Virus record (IMG/VR): IMGVR_UViG_3300022902_000007
DNA: 64,000 nt
Source: a virus
Direction: 5' to 3' (one strand)
Shown here: one piece after another, positions 19,298 to 28,652 of the stretch
Layout: each line of letters begins with the position of its first letter
How positions within the stretch are numbered: the first letter of the stretch is position 1
Notes under the pieces: generated by a model
What the model was told of the DNA's origin: nothing
The model's database searches: none
Seen by the model: the letters and a program-made list of their open reading frames with translations, nothing else
Program-made: the position numbers and the translations under genes

Positions 19298-19598
19298 TTG
19301 TTTTTGCCTTTGCTACTGAGTTTTGGAATAGAGCTGCTATCACTCTTTGGTACAGTCTCTTTGCCTGCGCTTCAGTCAAGAAGAAGTCATGGTGCTGAAT
19401 GTCTCCGTCTTCGCTTGTTCCAAGAGTTACCATGATTGGTTTGTCCCATGTTCTACACCCGATGCATCCGGAGTCATGAGCACTGATTGTATCTACCACT
19501 GGGTGTTCGTTTCTACAGCGAGCTCTTTCTCTGATGGTCATCTCGAACCTGGCCCATGATCTGGGAATCCCACTACCGGGACTCTGTTCGAGCAGCAC
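19281..19598 (-). CDS. Hypothetical protein
   Basis: ORF in operon context; likely start MTIRE. Confidence 0.45.
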   Translation of the reverse strand: MLLEQSPGSGIPRSWARFEMTIRERARCRNEHPVVDTISAHDSGCIGCRTWDKPIMVTLGTSEDGDIQHHDFFLTEAQAKRLYQRVIAALFQNSVAKAKTNENKT

Positions 19599-20206
19599 AT
19601 TCCACAGTCATTGCATGTAAGAGTCTCGTTATGGAAGGCTGGACAGACGACACCCTTTGAACCCTTGGGGGTTCTGAATACCCGGCCCTTGGTTTCGAGG
19701 TGGTCTGCCTTCAGTACTACTGAACACTTCCAGCCTTGAGAGATGGCTTCGTCACATTCTTCCAGAGAGCCACAGGAGGCTCTCAGAACGTCTTTCCACC
19801 AATAGGCTTGTCTCCACCCGTGTGTATAGCCAAGTATCTTTAGATTGGATGCTACGGCCTCTGAGAGGATGTCATGAGCAGTACCTGGACCCATTACTAC
19901 AGGGTCTCCGATGGCAGAGATTCTCAAGTACTTTGCCTTGGGGTGTCTCTTTTCGAGCGCGGCTGACAAAGAATACTTTTCAGGATTCTTCTTGTAGGCC
20001 TTCTGGGCACTTCTGGCTCCCATTGACGGGGTCCCGTAAGCATAGCAGGTGGGTTTGTTTGGGTCGCCGCCGTCTTTGACTGACAAGAATGGGCACAAGG
20101 CAGTCTTGCAAGAGTCTCTACATTCCTTCATCGTCGAGCCAACATAGGCGGTTGGAATCGGGCCGGTCTTTACGTTAGTCGGACGCGAGATCCATAATGT
20201 CTTCAT
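19538..20206 (-). CDS. Cys-rich Fe-S/radical-SAM-like phage protein (gp88-like)
   Basis: 'NVKTGPI', 'SC...CPF...CYA', 'LRISAIGDP', 'GYTH', 'VVCPA....TCNDCGMC...GFPDHG'. Confidence 0.55.
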   Translation of the reverse strand: MKTLWISRPTNVKTGPIPTAYVGSTMKECRDSCKTALCPFLSVKDGGDPNKPTCYAYGTPSMGARSAQKAYKKNPEKYSLSAALEKRHPKAKYLRISAIGDPVVMGPGTAHDILSEAVASNLKILGYTHGWRQAYWWKDVLRASCGSLEECDEAISQGWKCSVVLKADHLETKGRVFRTPKGSKGVVCPAFHNETLTCNDCGMCCSNRVPVVGFPDHGPGSR

Positions 20207-20209
20207 TTC

Positions 20210-20557
20210 TTATCTTCTTTCGAATGTTTTGTAGTCATACAGCCCCTGTTCGCTGGCCCAGTGGTCGTCTATCTGTTCAGTGATCCAGGAGTTTGATTTT
20301 TCTTTGTTCAGTTTTTCAATGTGTTCTTTACACACATAGATCATGTTGCTCATGTACATGCTGATCTCTGGCAGGTGCTCAGTGCCTGCAGTACTCTGAA
20401 GCCTTGTTAGATCGTCAACCATCTGGCCGAGGCTCTCTCTGAGGGACTCTACCTGATAACACTGGACCTGTTTTTTGTATAGAGTGGTGGCATCTTCTTC
20501 ACTGACGACAAACGAAGAAGAACTGCTGTTGGACACAAAACTATTGCGGATCTTCAT
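20210..20557 (-). CDS. FVSNSSSSSF-motif protein 6
   Basis: N-terminus MKIRNSFVSNSSSSSF. Confidence 0.75.
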   Translation of the reverse strand: MKIRNSFVSNSSSSSFVVSEEDATTLYKKQVQCYQVESLRESLGQMVDDLTRLQSTAGTEHLPEISMYMSNMIYVCKEHIEKLNKEKSNSWITEQIDDHWASEQGLYDYKTFERR

Positions 20558-20780
20558 TTCTTATTCCTTTCTTGCATAGTTCTCTTACATAGTCTCTGAC
20601 CTGGTATAGGAGTGCCTCCAGGGCTGCATCTACAGCATCGTCATGATTTGCTGGGACTTCCCAGTCTGCTATCTTTCCATGTTCGTATACAGGAAATCTG
20701 CCAAGTATGTCTACACAGCCATAGACAGTAGCAGCCTTGATTATTGATGCTTTTCTGTATTCCATTTGTGAGGTTGTCAT
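20541..20780 (-). CDS. Hypothetical protein
   Basis: ATGA coupling. Confidence 0.45.
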   Translation of the reverse strand: MTTSQMEYRKASIIKAATVYGCVDILGRFPVYEHGKIADWEVPANHDDAVDAALEALLYQVRDYVRELCKKGIRNEDPQ

Positions 20781-21067
20781 GACATTCCTTTGAGCATAGA
20801 TGGCATGTCACTTGTGTCTACTCCGAGGTAGAACTCAGAGGGGATTCTGTCATGTCCAGTGATGAATGGTATTATTGGAACTATCTTTACTTTTGGAAAC
20901 TTCATGCCAAGACGCTGCCACTTGTCATAGACATGCAGTGCCTGAATTTTGATAGTCTCCATTGTGTCTTCTCTGGCTGGCTGGCCTTCGAGTGTATTCA
21001 GTATCTCTTCCATGTCTGAAATGTATTCTTGAAACAGTCTGAGATATTCATTTACGGACATTCTCAT
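20777..21067 (-). CDS. Hypothetical protein
   Basis: ATGA coupling. Confidence 0.45.
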   Translation of the reverse strand: MRMSVNEYLRLFQEYISDMEEILNTLEGQPAREDTMETIKIQALHVYDKWQRLGMKFPKVKIVPIIPFITGHDRIPSEFYLGVDTSDMPSMLKGMS

Positions 21068-21297
21068 TTTGGTAGCTCTGGGTTTACTGGGATTTCGTCG
21101 TGTTCGTAATATTCGACCCAGGCGGGACCATAAGTAGCCAGCAATGATTTCTGTCGATATGGATACCGTGGATCTCTCGGCCTCTTGAGCTCAGATGCAC
21201 AGAGATAAGCTACTGCTGCTTCCGAAGTATCGAAGATCGCCACGACATGTTCATTTGGCTCCCATATCTGTTGTGCCTTTATACAATATCTGGTCAT
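21064..21297 (-). CDS. Hypothetical protein
   Basis: ORF in operon context. Confidence 0.45.
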   Translation of the reverse strand: MTRYCIKAQQIWEPNEHVVAIFDTSEAAVAYLCASELKRPRDPRYPYRQKSLLATYGPAWVEYYEHDEIPVNPELPK

Positions 21298-21298
21298 T

Positions 21299-21505
21299 TT
21301 ATCTTCCTATCCTTCGAGGTGGATCCATGAAGTCTACATCAGATCTCAAAACCTCTATTTCTTCTTTCAGCCATTTAATTTCTTGAACCAGGACACTAAT
21401 TGCATCAGTTAGGTCCATGATCTGTTCAGTAGAAGTTTTTTCAGAGTAGAGGCAATGATCTATGTCTTTTAGGTTGTTAATTTTCATTTCATTACTCTTT
21501 GCCAT
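21299..21505 (-). CDS. Hypothetical protein
   Basis: ORF in operon context. Confidence 0.45.
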   Translation of the reverse strand: MAKSNEMKINNLKDIDHCLYSEKTSTEQIMDLTDAISVLVQEIKWLKEEIEVLRSDVDFMDPPRRIGR

Positions 21506-21812
21506 TATCTGTCACTGAGGCCGCCACATATTCGTAAATCATAGGTGTATCTATGGTCCAGGTTCTTGGCGCTGACAGAATATGAATGTGATGAACTACT
21601 TGATTTTCGGATACGAGTTCAGCTTTTTCCCATTCCATTTTATCGAGGATGGTATATGTCAAGATCGTTCCTCTGATTTCTTTTAGGCCTCTGATCCATT
21701 CCACCGGTTCAGCTCTGAGAAAATCTTTAATCAAAAAGATTGGCTTGGGAGGATGCTCGTATTCTCTCCAAGTGATCTTCTCTACTTCCAGATCATCGAG
21801 ATAGTACTTCAT
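21492..21812 (-). CDS. Hypothetical protein, paralog of 22962-23297
   Basis: Start re-called at MKYYLDD (ATGA overlap); shared motifs. Confidence 0.55.
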   Translation of the reverse strand: MKYYLDDLEVEKITWREYEHPPKPIFLIKDFLRAEPVEWIRGLKEIRGTILTYTILDKMEWEKAELVSENQVVHHIHILSAPRTWTIDTPMIYEYVAASVTDNGKE

Positions 21813-22366
21813 TTCTTCTTTATCTCCACTATGAATGGGTTCTGCTTTATGCACTTGAAGCTCTGTGTCTCTTTTTGATAAGCCCACATGTATTCCAGTG
21901 TCTCCATGCACATCCCTATCTGAAACATTCCACGTCTGGGGTCGGACCAGTAGCCGTCATTGTGGCTAATCCATGGAGTTTTTGCCGAGGCGGCCCTTTG
22001 AATATCCCTCACAGTACGAGTGGTGATGAACAGACTTCCTCCGGATTTCACCTTCGACCAAGCCTCAGACAATACTGTCATTCGCTCAGTCATGGTGTCG
22101 ATTACATTCAGTACATATGTCATGAGCACTACATCGAACTCTCCTTCTGGCCAATCGGCGAATTCAGGAAAGTTTGGATCGTAGCCCGTTGCATCGATAT
22201 TACAACGCTTGTTTAGATATTGAGCATCTCTACCTCGGCCACAGCCGAAATCGAGAACTCTAAAAGAGCCCGGAATACAACGAGTGGCGAGCAAGTAACG
22301 GAGTGGGGCTGAAGGCTGTGAACGGCCAATCGCAGTATTCTCAGGACGGCAGATTATTTCGCTCAT
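21809..22366 (-). CDS. Class I SAM-dependent methyltransferase
   Basis: 'VLDFGCGRGRD', 'GYDP', 'FDVVLMTYVLNVI'. Confidence 0.85.
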   Translation of the reverse strand: MSEIICRPENTAIGRSQPSAPLRYLLATRCIPGSFRVLDFGCGRGRDAQYLNKRCNIDATGYDPNFPEFADWPEGEFDVVLMTYVLNVIDTMTERMTVLSEAWSKVKSGGSLFITTRTVRDIQRAASAKTPWISHNDGYWSDPRRGMFQIGMCMETLEYMWAYQKETQSFKCIKQNPFIVEIKKK

Positions 22367-22369
22367 CTT

Positions 22370-22723
22370 CTAACTCTCTGATCTTGTCTCTTGCTCTTTG
22401 GAGCTGCTTGTCGATCCTTTCTCTTTGTATAGGTGATGCAACATCGACACCATCATTTGTCCAGCGATATAAGCCGGATTGTAGATGTGGTGTAAGTCTT
22501 CGTTGTAACTGCACATTGAAGCTAATATTCCGGACCTTCTGCCAGACTGACTGATAAACATAAGTTTGGCTCCAAGCTTGTCGTTGAATACTGAGGATTT
22601 TGCCATGGCCGCACCGTCAAATCTATCCAGCTGAGGAAGGAACAGTTTTAGATACTCGACCACCTCGTTAGCCAAGTATTGCTCAGTTCTCGTGGTGTTT
22701 GCCACCGCATCTTTATTCATCAT
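22370..22723 (-). CDS. Hypothetical protein
   Basis: GGAG RBS. Confidence 0.5.
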   Translation of the reverse strand: MMNKDAVANTTRTEQYLANEVVEYLKLFLPQLDRFDGAAMAKSSVFNDKLGAKLMFISQSGRRSGILASMCSYNEDLHHIYNPAYIAGQMMVSMLHHLYKEKGSTSSSKEQETRSES

Positions 22724-22762
22724 ATTCTCCTGCTTCCATTACTATGTATGCTGCTTTGAACT

Positions 22763-22972
22763 TCATTTTATTTTATCCATTTTGATTTCACAGTCAGAAA
22801 TCCAATTGTTAAACATACGCTCAAGTACATAGCAGAGGGACGCAGAGTACGAGCATAGTGCCGACAGGGCCAGTAATGTGAGGGCCAAGAGCATCCATAG
22901 CAGTCTCCTTTTGTCCGTATTTATTATCAGCCAGAAACCAGACTTGAGGAAGTGGCCGAACTTACTCATCAT
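22763..22972 (-). CDS. Small membrane protein
   Basis: Hydrophobic stretch. Confidence 0.4.
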   Translation of the reverse strand: MMSKFGHFLKSGFWLIINTDKRRLLWMLLALTLLALSALCSYSASLCYVLERMFNNWISDCEIKMDKIK

Positions 22973-23297
22973 GGCTCCTTGTCTGATAGCTTACGCTGCT
23001 GGCTACGAATGTATAGCGATACATTCCAAAATCGTCGACTTCCGCTGGACCCAAAATCTCTATGTCACTGGACGTGATTCTCATGTCTATATTGTCAGTG
23101 TCATATACCTCTGCTCTCATGTATTTGTTTTTCTTCAAGACCTGGGCGGTCCTGATATTGCCTGCTATGCCCATGGCGAGGCGACGAGGAGCTGCCCCAC
23201 CCATTACATAGATGGGGGCCTTTCCTCTTTGTATCCACCAGTCAATTGAATAGACCTCTTCATCATCGAGCATATATCTTATGGTGTCTTGACTCAT
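22962..23297 (-). CDS. Hypothetical protein, paralog of 21492-21812 (possible tail-tube-like fold)
   Basis: 'KAPIYVMG', 'GIAGNI', 'YTFVA'. Confidence 0.55.
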   Translation of the reverse strand: MSQDTIRYMLDDEEVYSIDWWIQRGKAPIYVMGGAAPRRLAMGIAGNIRTAQVLKKNKYMRAEVYDTDNIDMRITSSDIEILGPAEVDDFGMYRYTFVASSVSYQTRSHDE

Positions 23298-23800
23298 TCG
23301 TCATATTCTCCTGCCTCTATTTCTATGTATCTACCATTCACGATCTTGACTACACCTGCTTCTGCTCTATCCATGAAGCTCTCGTACTCTGCCCATGCAT
23401 GGTCGTAGTCTATGGCGTGTGGGCATACGTTCTTTACAGATAGATCGAATACCAGATTGTGCTTCATGTTAGAGATCTTGTTCTTGGTGATGCACATGAG
23501 GAGCCTTGGTGAGATCCTTCCATCTTCCAAGTGGAAGATTTCTGGATTGCCAGGGCGATCATTTACATCATTGTAGATGTGGCAAATAGCGTTCGGACGA
23601 TACTGTAATGTACGAGAATCTGCTACGTCATCATCTGCAGGCAGTCTGAGAGTAGTGCCATCACGATCAATCTTTTTGTATTCGGCCGTGGCAAAGATAG
23701 TTACGTGGTTGTCTTCACAAGCGCCTTTGAGTCTGTCTGCAAGCATCTCGATCCGCCTGGATCTATCAAGCTTTTCGTAGTCTCTTAGGTTGAAAAGATT
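23294..23800 (-). CDS. DNA primase-helicase, exon 2 (DnaB-like C-terminus)
   Basis: 'IFATAEYKK', 'DVADSRTLQYRPN', 'ITKNK'; in frame with exon 1 after splicing. Confidence 0.85.
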   Translation of the reverse strand, partial: NLFNLRDYEKLDRSRRIEMLADRLKGACEDNHVTIFATAEYKKIDRDGTTLRLPADDDVADSRTLQYRPNAICHIYNDVNDRPGNPEIFHLEDGRISPRLLMCITKNKISNMKHNLVFDLSVKNVCPHAIDYDHAWAEYESFMDRAEAGVVKIVNGRYIEIEAGEYDE

Positions 23801-24086
23801 CAATATTGACTCATATTTTCATATGAGATTAGACTATACCATTGTCCATCTCTGGACAGTCCTATTATAGTCGTTGAACGTCCCTCTTAAAGAGGTTTCG
23901 CTGCTGATTGCCCATTGTCGTGTTTTGAATCTGTTTCCACTTTCAAAACATCCTTGTTGTTTTTTCTGTTCTCACAGCCATCGCGATTGCTCTTACGAGC
24001 TTCGCTGTGGCCAACAAGGCTTTAGGGGTTTCCAGCAATTTAAGGACTTTGCACTCCACTGTTGCCAGTAGAGGGGACAATCTTTT
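23801..24086 (-). ncRNA. Group I self-splicing intron (286 nt, no ORF) in the primase-helicase gene
   Basis: P AATTGCTGGAAA, Q AATCAGCAG, R GTTCAACGACTA, S TATAGTC; P1 GGAU/GUCC; P10 AAAAGATT/AATCTTTT; terminal G. Confidence 0.92.
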
Positions 24087-26039
24087 ATCCAGCCCAACTA
24101 GTATCTTCTTGCTTGGATACTTCTTGCGATAATAGCGGATGTGCCTCTCCAGTGTAGAGATGCTTCTGCCATCTTCTGCATCGAGGATAGCCAGCCTCTC
24201 ATCAACCAGCAACTGCTTGAACAAGTCTTGAGCATATAAATACGCGCCCTTGTAATCAGGATTGTCTGGAAGATAGCGCTTGGGCTGAGCCAACATGCCG
24301 AATTCAAGCAGGGGGCCGCCAGTGTTTGACAGGTGATAGAGATTACTTCTCAAGCGCGGCTCGATTAGACGATAGGTATCATCTGTAGAGTGAACCAAGA
24401 AGAGGGCATCCTCGTCTGACAAAGCGATTGACGAACCGAGTGCGAGAACCATTGCAGTCTTGCCAGAGTTTGCGCGTCCTGGAAAGATGAACAGACAGTC
24501 CTTGCTCCAGTTGTGGCCTCCAGCGAAGGTCTCTGCAAAGTTTGGAAAGTGATCCATCTTGAAGCCATCGTCGGACTCATCAGAAGTGTCTTCGAGATCT
24601 CTCAACATCGCCTCGTGACGAGCCAATTGGTGATTGATTCCCATTGTGTTCTTGTTGAGCTCACTCTCAATTTCTTCTACACGCACCTCCTGCTGTGAAA
24701 GAATTGCTCTGACTGCCTCTGGGTCCTCCTTGATTTCCAGGAGCGACTGTTCAGCCGTGGCAACGATCCTCTCCTTGAACTTGTTGAACTTGTCTTCCAG
24801 GATAGCTCTTACATCTGTAAGAATCGCCTGGTATGACAGATCAGTAAATTCAGCAAGAGACTTGATGAGCATCTCTCTTCGCACAGCTGTAGGCTCTGAC
24901 GCGATGATAGGAATCATCTTGTCACAGATGTAGTCTGGGCCTTCATCTCGAAACTGGGTGAGCTTCCACTCGAATCCTGACAATACTGTCAATTCAAAGA
25001 ATGGATCTGTTGTCTTGGACTTGCGGAGTAGCTCATCAGGATCTTTGATGTCAGATTCAGGGGCCGTTACAACATATGCAGACGTACCAGAAGTAATCTT
25101 GAGGACATCTTCCAGGATGCGAGCAGTAGCTGCGTAGCCAGCTTTGTCCCAATCCAGGCACAAGAATATTTTCTGAATGCCCAGGTTCTTTAGATAGAGA
25201 AGATGGTGTTCAGTGAAAGCAGTGCCACAGATCGCGACGGCATTGGTGATTCCGACCCTGTAGAGCTGAGCAAGATCGCCAGGACCTTCGACAACATAGA
25301 GACCTTTTTGTCGCGCCTCGACAAGCGCGACGTCAATACCAAGCAATGCTTTGGACTTGTTGTAGATTTGGCTTTCAGTAGAATTCACATAAGGACTTCC
25401 AGACTTAGAGAGATCCTTGTAGATAAAGCCTATAGCTCGGCCGCGATGATCCTTGATGACAAAAGTCAGTCTGTCTTCACCAAAGTACCTTTGATACTTG
25501 GTCTCAGTCAGAAGAGATTTCTTGATGTCTTGAGAAGACCAGCCCTTGGTCATCGTCTCTGCGATGAGAACGCCACTGTCAATGCAGCCATAGCTCAGAA
25601 AGTCCTGCTTCCAGTTTCTTTCATTGACGTAGTCGATCTTGTCAGGTGAACTCTCGACAAGAGTGTCCGCGAGATCCTGAGCAAGCTTCATGAAACGAAG
25701 TCTTTCTCGGTCAGCTACACTGACTTCACCCATCTTGAGTGGAATCCCCAGTGTTTCACACAGTGTGGGGATTGTCTCCGTGATCCATTCAGAGCCCGTG
25801 GTAGGCAGGCCTTCCAGTTTCTCGGCACAGTCAAAGATAGAGCCACTCCAGCCACAAGCGAAGCAGTGGACAGTCTCTTCGTTGGTCTTGGGGTTGAAGC
25901 ACATACTCGGGTCATGGTCTTCGTGTGCTATGCAGTTGAACTTTCTTGCGTTTGAGCGCAGGTCCAATTTTAGGGTGAGGTATTCCCTGAGCTTCGCACG
26001 CAGGAGTGGAAGCACCTCTTCGAGGTTCTGAATATACAA
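24087..26039 (-). CDS. DNA primase-helicase, exon 1 (CHC2 Zn finger, TOPRIM, helicase Walker A)
   Basis: 'CIAHEDHDPS..HCFACG', 'YVNS', 'VVEGPGD', 'CLDWDKAG', 'KDPDE', 'GRANSGKT'; spliced product 819 aa. Confidence 0.9.
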
Positions 26040-26049
26040 GATATTCTCC

Positions 26050-26841
26050 TTAGATTTTATGCTTTGTTACTGCTGTATATGGTTCTTGTATTACGTCTTG
26101 GGCTGCGCTAATGGCAAACTCGGTGGCATCATAGATGCTCTTGTTCTTTACATAATGAGCTGCCCATGCAGCTACGAAGGTGTCCCCTGCTCCGGAAGTG
26201 TTAGCTACTGGAGTGTCTTGGGGGACTTGGAACTTGTAGAGGGACTGTTGGCCTGGCTTATTTCTCAGGCCTGAAATAACAGCTACTTCTTTGGGCCCGT
26301 TCGTGTGTAGGAGTACATCAAACTGCTTGGCGAACTCGTAGTCATACTCATCTCCAGTGCAGTGCCATACCTTCAGGCAATGATCAGGAGCTTGTCTTAG
26401 TAGCAACGGATCAACAGTACGATACCTCGAATCCACTACTATCAAATCCCATGGAGGGGGCTCATAGATGATGGTGTCTGTCGGGTCACAAGGAGTCACA
26501 GAGCCACGGCTGTAGTCAGAGATGATGAGGGCGCAATAGTCCTTCTCACGATACGTGGCAAGTCGGTCTTGGTTGAGCCTATGGAGCAGCTTGCCTTGAA
26601 CAGAGTCTTCTTTCTTATAGATTTGTAGATTAGCATCATAAAAGACTTTTCCAAGCTCTTTGTTATATACAAAGTCCACCCAAATATGGCCCCGCCCTTC
26701 AAAGAGTTGGGTCAATGGGAGGAGGTGTGTATTCATGGTTATGGCATCGAGATTTTCGTAGACGTTGGTGGCCCCGCCTGCACGATATGTATCCTCAAAG
26801 ATGTCCACCAGTGCGTCTCCGGCTACTACTATCAGTGCCAT
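26050..26841 (-). CDS. PfkB-family sugar kinase (HldE/RfaE kinase-like)
   Basis: 'VAGDALVD', 'GGATNV', 'ISDYSRG', 'NTSGAGDTFVAA'; start re-called at MALIVV. Confidence 0.8.
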   Translation of the reverse strand: MALIVVAGDALVDIFEDTYRAGGATNVYENLDAITMNTHLLPLTQLFEGRGHIWVDFVYNKELGKVFYDANLQIYKKEDSVQGKLLHRLNQDRLATYREKDYCALIISDYSRGSVTPCDPTDTIIYEPPPWDLIVVDSRYRTVDPLLLRQAPDHCLKVWHCTGDEYDYEFAKQFDVLLHTNGPKEVAVISGLRNKPGQQSLYKFQVPQDTPVANTSGAGDTFVAAWAAHYVKNKSIYDATEFAISAAQDVIQEPYTAVTKHKI

Positions 26842-27050
26842 TACAGCTCCTTCTCTATCTTGTCGAGCTGTCTGGTGATCTCTGATAGACAGTCTAAACA
26901 TCCCCAGACAGCTGCGTTCTCCCATGCGACTGCTTCATCAAGCTCTGCACATAGTTTCATTTTGCCGCAGAAGTCACAGAGCTCAAGCATGGCTCTGAGC
27001 TCATAGTCACCTATCCATCCGTCGCCGTGCATCTTGATTGGTTTATACAT
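26841..27050 (-). CDS. Small Zn-finger protein
   Basis: CDFC...CLDC. Confidence 0.45.
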   Translation of the reverse strand: MYKPIKMHGDGWIGDYELRAMLELCDFCGKMKLCAELDEAVAWENAAVWGCLDCLSEITRQLDKIEKEL

Positions 27051-27297
27051 TTACGAACCTCTCTGCTTCTTCAATACACAGTCTAAAGTTTTCCCACTGG
27101 CCGTTGTCAGTTAGCATGACCTCCCAGATTTCCAGTTTGGTCTTCTTGGCTTTTGACACGCGCTTAATGGAAACGTACTTCACATCATCAATTATTTCGC
27201 AGGCCTCCTTCAGGGTTAGATACGGCCCATACCAAAACTCTTCCCACTTCCTATCTGATTTTTTTACATGACAGTAAACTATGAAGTAAGTTCCCAT
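27043..27297 (-). CDS. Hypothetical protein
   Basis: GAGG RBS. Confidence 0.45.
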   Translation of the reverse strand: MGTYFIVYCHVKKSDRKWEEFWYGPYLTLKEACEIIDDVKYVSIKRVSKAKKTKLEIWEVMLTDNGQWENFRLCIEEAERFVNV

Positions 27298-27304
27298 TTT
27301 GCCT

Positions 27305-28348
27305 CTATAATGCTATTGGATTGTTGCTGGAGTCGTAACAGATTTTACGGAACGAACAATTTTTGCACCAAAAATCTCCCAGATCAGGAAGTTTGTTGAT
27401 CCGCTTCTTGCCTTCTTTCTTCTGTTCGAGTCTTTTCTCTACTCGCTTCGAGATGGTCTTGTTGAGCTCACCTCTCTCATATTTCTTTTCTACCTGTTCT
27501 TCTGTGTAGGTATGGTCATAATCTCTACCCGGAACGTTACCTGAGTCCAAGCTGTTCAGCACATAAGTGAACTGAGAGAAGATATTCTCCATCGAGATCT
27601 TGGACTTCACTTCACCCGGAGTGTTCGGAGCGAGTCCAGAATAATGGATGAAGTGCTCTCCGCTTTCGTCTTGCTTGACATCAATTTCGTATTCAGCGAA
27701 CTTACCAGTGTCTCTGGAGCCATAGCAGAGCCTCGTGTTCTCGAAGCCCTCTTGTTTCTTGCCTACCTGGAAGTCATAGAAGGCGACCTGCATGAGGTTG
27801 CTCTCACGAGGTGTTCCCAGCAGCCCTCTACGCCTTTCTGATTCAGTTCCGAGGACGATACCTCCGTTGAATCCATAGACGCTTTTGTATTCCACACAGG
27901 AATTCAGGATGGTAGTGGGATTGAGTACGACTTCATCAATCTTTCCAGACAGGGTCCAGCCATGTGGACTCACATAGAAGGCGGGTACCTGAGAGGCTAC
28001 GTGCACGCCACTGAGAGTGGCCTGTCTTACGCAGTACTCTTCATACAGCTCGCCCTGAATCCATATCCATCTCAGATACTTGTCAGGCGGGACATAGTCA
28101 GTCTGGATTCTGTCGATCAAGGGCTGGAAGTGTTTATACTTCTCTGGATAGAAATCGAAGCAGTCATACAGGTAGCGAAGGAATATTTGTCTACGGCATT
28201 TCCCGATGGCTACTTCTTCTCCATAGTCGTTTGTAATGACAGCAGAAGACTCGGAGGGCCAGAAATTAGGAGGCTTCTTGTCCCCTAACCGAGGCCGCTC
28301 CAAGCTATTTGTCAAGTGCTCAAGGAGAGACCACTTACTCATCGTCAT
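27305..28348 (-). CDS. PD-(D/E)XK (Cas4-like) exonuclease
   Basis: 'GKCRRQ', 'SGKIDEV', 'VEYKS', 'QVAFY', C-terminal 'CKNCSFRKIC'. Confidence 0.75.
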   Translation of the reverse strand: MTMSKWSLLEHLTNSLERPRLGDKKPPNFWPSESSAVITNDYGEEVAIGKCRRQIFLRYLYDCFDFYPEKYKHFQPLIDRIQTDYVPPDKYLRWIWIQGELYEEYCVRQATLSGVHVASQVPAFYVSPHGWTLSGKIDEVVLNPTTILNSCVEYKSVYGFNGGIVLGTESERRRGLLGTPRESNLMQVAFYDFQVGKKQEGFENTRLCYGSRDTGKFAEYEIDVKQDESGEHFIHYSGLAPNTPGEVKSKISMENIFSQFTYVLNSLDSGNVPGRDYDHTYTEEQVEKKYERGELNKTISKRVEKRLEQKKEGKKRINKLPDLGDFWCKNCSFRKICYDSSNNPIAL

Positions 28349-28652
28349 CTAACCGAATGATGGGAGTCGCCACGTCTTCCATCTCTTGCTTGGCTTCATC
28401 CAGTATCTGTTTGGTCTCCGAATGGACTTCCTTGATACGGCTTTGGGCGAATTCAGCGAACTCTTCGTCGCTGAATTGAATTCCATTTTCCTTCAGCTTG
28501 TTCACAGTGAACTCCATGATCAGTCCCATGTGGGTGATCTGGTTTCCCTGGATCTGTATTCTCTGCATCATGGCATTGAATGCCTGAATGATGTCTTCGT
28601 CTGTGAGAGTTGGACGAGTAGGTCGGCCCTGCGCGTCTAAAATCTTGCTCAT
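28335..28652 (-). CDS. Hypothetical protein
   Basis: ATGA coupling. Confidence 0.55.
   Translation of the reverse strand: MSKILDAQGRPTRPTLTDEDIIQAFNAMMQRIQIQGNQITHMGLIMEFTVNKLKENGIQFSDEEFAEFAQSRIKEVHSETKQILDEAKQEMEDVATPIIRLDDDE

Noticed and set aside
23943-24086. C-terminal tail of the 698-aa ORF, or stop-codon recoding
   Set aside because: Explained as read-through into the group I intron. Genes elsewhere end normally at TAA, TAG and TGA, so there is no sign of an alternative genetic code.
27305-28348. Cas4 as evidence of a CRISPR-Cas system
   Set aside because: Stand-alone phage PD-(D/E)XK exonuclease; no array or other cas genes.
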